A DNA stretch of 52,994 nucleotides from positions 1-52,994 of the IMG/VR virus record IMGVR_UViG_3300025869_000018. The stretch is one strand, 5' to 3'. Below, in pieces: positions 50,103-52,994 of the stretch. Under the pieces are notes generated by a model. The model was given only the letters and a program-made list of their open reading frames with translations. It did not search any database and was not told the origin of the DNA. The translations under genes were made by a program, and so were the position numbers. The stretch's first letter is position 1, and the number at the start of each line of letters is the position of its first letter. The stretch comes from a virus (Duplodnaviria; Caudoviricetes).

Positions 50103-50633
50103 ATGGGATATAGTAAAGAAGCAGAAAGACAAAATAAAGCATTAGGAGACCTATTAGCTGGTAGAACTCCTGAAAAAAGAGTAATGGTAGGTTACAAAGG
50201 TAAAGAACAAGAGGGTGGTGACCAAATCAGTAGAATGACTGATATTATGAGGGGAGCCAGAATGCCAATGTTTTGTCCAGAATGTGATGTCATTATGAAG
50301 AAAAAATTAGATGATAAAATGTGGTCATTATTTGGACATTGTTTTGATTGTCAGATTAAGATGGAAAACAAACTTCGTATAGAAGGTAGGTATGAAGAAT
50401 GGGCTGAAGAAAAGATTAAAAGTAATAAGATTGCATTTATTAAAGACCAAATACAAGCTATCTCAGAGTGGAGAGATTCAAAAGCTCCTGAGTGGTTTAA
50501 CAATGTTGGAGTTAATACTCCTGAATTGGAAAAAGAAAAATGGGATATTGATATGAAAAAGGTTAAAAAAGAAGCTGAAGAAGCTTTAAAAAAGTATACT
50601 GAAGCTTTAGAACAACTGGAGAGTAACGTATGA
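50103..50633 (+). CDS. Hypothetical protein with Zn-finger-like CPEC/CFDC motifs
   Basis: Two CxxC motifs; AGGAG RBS. Confidence 0.75.
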   Translation: MGYSKEAERQNKALGDLLAGRTPEKRVMVGYKGKEQEGGDQISRMTDIMRGARMPMFCPECDVIMKKKLDDKMWSLFGHCFDCQIKMENKLRIEGRYEEWAEEKIKSNKIAFIKDQIQAISEWRDSKAPEWFNNVGVNTPELEKEKWDIDMKKVKKEAEEALKKYTEALEQLESNV

Positions 50634-50935
50634 AGATTTGGAAAATAATAGTTGGTATCTTAGGTACGATTGGAGCACTTTTTGCTGTTTCTTCTAAAAG
50701 TAAAGAGGTTAAAAAGTTAAAGGGTGTGATTAAAGAAAACAAAAAAGAAGAGAAAAAAGTTGAAAAAGAAATAAAGGTATTAGAGGAGAACAAACAATCT
50801 TCTAAGAAAGAGATAGGAAATCTCAAACGTAAATTAACTAATACAAAGAAGAATACTCAAAAGATGGAGAAAGCTTTTACAGAGGATAACTCAAATGAAG
50901 CTGTAGATTTTTTGAAGAAATTCGCTAAAAAATAG
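50630..50935 (+). CDS. Membrane-anchored coiled-coil protein (spanin-like candidate)
   Basis: N-terminal TM segment followed by a K/E-rich coiled coil. Confidence 0.65.
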   Translation: MKIWKIIVGILGTIGALFAVSSKSKEVKKLKGVIKENKKEEKKVEKEIKVLEENKQSSKKEIGNLKRKLTNTKKNTQKMEKAFTEDNSNEAVDFLKKFAKK

Positions 50936-50946
50936 GGAGAAATAAA

Positions 50947-51240
50947 ATGTCAGACATGCATGACTCACCATCAGATTATTCTGATTTTCAAAAAAAAGGA
51001 CATCCAGGAACATATATTTCTGCATCAGCAGTAGCAGACGGAATGACTGCTTATACAGGATCAAATTATGGCGCAAGTGCTGTTATAGTAAAAACACATG
51101 GAAGCGCTGTATTTCATTTATCAGATGGTGGAACAATTCCAGCTGCAAATCTAACTGCAGGTGTAATATATGATTTTTCAATAAGTAAAATAACTGCTGC
51201 AAGTAGTGCTGTAATTTATGTTCTTAAAAAGCATGGTTAA
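50947..51240 (+). CDS. Hypothetical protein
   Basis: GGGAG RBS; small beta-rich ORF. Confidence 0.7.
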   Translation: MSDMHDSPSDYSDFQKKGHPGTYISASAVADGMTAYTGSNYGASAVIVKTHGSAVFHLSDGGTIPAANLTAGVIYDFSISKITAASSAVIYVLKKHG

Positions 51241-51241
51241 T

Positions 51242-51577
51242 ATGAAATATTTGTTGCCACTATTATTGTCAGTTCCTTTACTTGGACAAGTAACTCTTTC
51301 ACAAGAAGAGATGTTAGGAATTGCTAACAATATCAAAGAACTACAACATTCTGATAGCTCTAAATCCGTACAGATTTCTATATATGAGGATTTAGTAAAA
51401 GAGATGGATAATCAAATAAAATCAGATTCTTTAATCATTGTAAAGAAAGATGAACAGATTGGATTGTTAAAGGAAAGAGATGTAGCTAATGAGAAGTTGG
51501 TAGACTTAGTTGAACCAAAGTGGTACGAACACAGATACCTTTGGTTAGTAATTGGGTTTATAGTAGGAAAGATATAA
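51242..51577 (+). CDS. Protein with signal peptide, coiled coil and C-terminal membrane anchor
   Basis: MKYLLPLLLSVPLLG...KWYEHRYLWLVIGFIVGKI. Confidence 0.7.
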   Translation: MKYLLPLLLSVPLLGQVTLSQEEMLGIANNIKELQHSDSSKSVQISIYEDLVKEMDNQIKSDSLIIVKKDEQIGLLKERDVANEKLVDLVEPKWYEHRYLWLVIGFIVGKI

Positions 51578-52994
51578 TGAAACCAGGACAATTAAAAGAG
51601 GTAATCAAAAGTGAATATAAGAAATGCGCTAAAGACCCTATATACTTTTTAAAAAAGTATTGTGTTGTCCAACATCCAATAAAGGGTAAAGTTCCATTTC
51701 ATCTTTGGTCTTATCAAGAACAGTCACTTAAAACATTTGAAGAGCATAGGTTTAACATTATTCTGAAAGCTAGACAGTTAGGTTTATCTACGTTATCGGC
51801 CGGATACTCCCTTTGGATGATGACATTTCATCAGGATAAAAACATATTAGTGATTGCTACCAAACAAGATACTGCTAAGAACTTAGTTACAAAGGTTAGG
51901 GTGATGCACGCTAACTTGCCAAGTTGGTTAAAACAAAAATGTACGGAAGATAACAAATTATCTCTACGATATAACAATGGTTCACAAATAAAGGCTGTTT
52001 CTAGCGGCGAGGATAGTGGTCGTTCTGAGGCTTTGTCTCTTTTGATATTAGATGAGGCTGCTTTTATTGATAAGATTGAACCGATATGGGCTGCTGCTTC
52101 ACAGACACTATCTACTGGTGGACAATGTATTGCTCTATCTACACCAAATGGTATAGGTAATTGGTTTCATAAGACTTGGGTTGGCGCAGAAGATGGAACA
52201 AATGATTGGAACTTTATTAGATTACATTGGAACTTACATCCCGAAAGAAATGATGAGTGGAGAGCTGAACAAGATAGACTTTTAGGTCCTTCCTTAGCGG
52301 CTCAAGAATGTGATTGTGACTTCTTAACTTCTGGACAAACTGTTATTGATGGTGTAATCTTAGAAGAGTATAAACAAATACACGCTCAAGACCCATTGGA
52401 GAAGAGAGGTGTTGATAGTTGTCTTTGGATATGGCAACCAGCAAACTATACTAGAGATTATGTACTAAGTGCTGATGTTAGTAGAGGAGATGGTTCGGAT
52501 TACTCTGCATTTCACGTGATGGATATAGAAACGATGGAACAGGTAGCAGAATACAAAGGTAAGATGTCAACAAAAGATTTTGGAAACTTATGTGTAAACA
52601 CAGCAACAGAATATAATAATGCTTTGTTGGTAGTAGAGAACAACAATATAGGTTGGGCTACACTACAACAATGTATTGATAGAGGTTATCAAAACTTATT
52701 TTACACAAGTAAAGATTTAAAGTATGTGGATACAGAACACCAAATAAATAATCGATATAGAAATCAAGATCGTAATATGGTGGCTGGATTTAGTATGACA
52801 ATGAAGACTAGACCATTGGTTATAGCTAAATTAGAGGAATATTTCAGAGAAAAGTCAGTAATTGTTCGTTCAAATCGATTAATTGATGAGTTGTTTGTAT
52901 TTATATATAACAACAATAAAGCTGAAGCGATGACAGGATACAACGATGACTTAGTGATGAGTTTCGCTCTTACTCTTTGGGTAAGGGATACTGC
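51577..52994 (+). CDS. terL: Terminase large subunit (gp17-like), 3' end truncated
   Basis: Not in the ORF track; translated by hand. CAKDPIYF, LKARQLGLST, LILDEAAF, STPNG, ADVSRGDGSDYS, VENNNIG, NDDLVMS. Confidence 0.95.
   Translation, partial: MKPGQLKEVIKSEYKKCAKDPIYFLKKYCVVQHPIKGKVPFHLWSYQEQSLKTFEEHRFNIILKARQLGLSTLSAGYSLWMMTFHQDKNILVIATKQDTAKNLVTKVRVMHANLPSWLKQKCTEDNKLSLRYNNGSQIKAVSSGEDSGRSEALSLLILDEAAFIDKIEPIWAAASQTLSTGGQCIALSTPNGIGNWFHKTWVGAEDGTNDWNFIRLHWNLHPERNDEWRAEQDRLLGPSLAAQECDCDFLTSGQTVIDGVILEEYKQIHAQDPLEKRGVDSCLWIWQPANYTRDYVLSADVSRGDGSDYSAFHVMDIETMEQVAEYKGKMSTKDFGNLCVNTATEYNNALLVVENNNIGWATLQQCIDRGYQNLFYTSKDLKYVDTEHQINNRYRNQDRNMVAGFSMTMKTRPLVIAKLEEYFREKSVIVRSNRLIDELFVFIYNNNKAEAMTGYNDDLVMSFALTLWVRDT

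Noticed and set aside
1-52994. Stop-codon recoding
   Set aside because: Long genes are intact under code 11, and TAA, TAG and TGA all end genes at coupled junctions.
51577-52994. Intein or intron in the terminase
   Set aside because: ATPase and nuclease motifs follow at normal spacing in one open frame.

Overview
AT-rich segment of a large T4-like (myovirus-type, probably jumbo) phage genome, almost all on the + strand and using the standard genetic code. From left to right it holds: (1) an accessory region with peptide deformylase-SEC-C, a tmRNA with an unusually long tag frame, and two repeated sigma70-type promoter cassettes; (2) a candidate DNA-modification or anti-competitor locus, made of an atypical tRNA-Gly(TCC), a DUF4338/DruA-like protein, a DUF262-HNH nuclease, a GT-B glycosyltransferase with a wHTH-like tail and an HD hydrolase; (3) a gp55-like late sigma factor and a baseplate/tail module; (4) a resolvase, a primase and a fused Mre11-Rad50; (5) a 4501-aa tail fibre; (6) a kinase / nucleotidyltransferase / ligase-like multidomain protein; (7) membrane proteins and a truncated large terminase. 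Five short tandem duplications occur inside genes. Three of them break reading frames and they may be assembly artefacts. All family calls come from motif recognition by eye; no database search was run.
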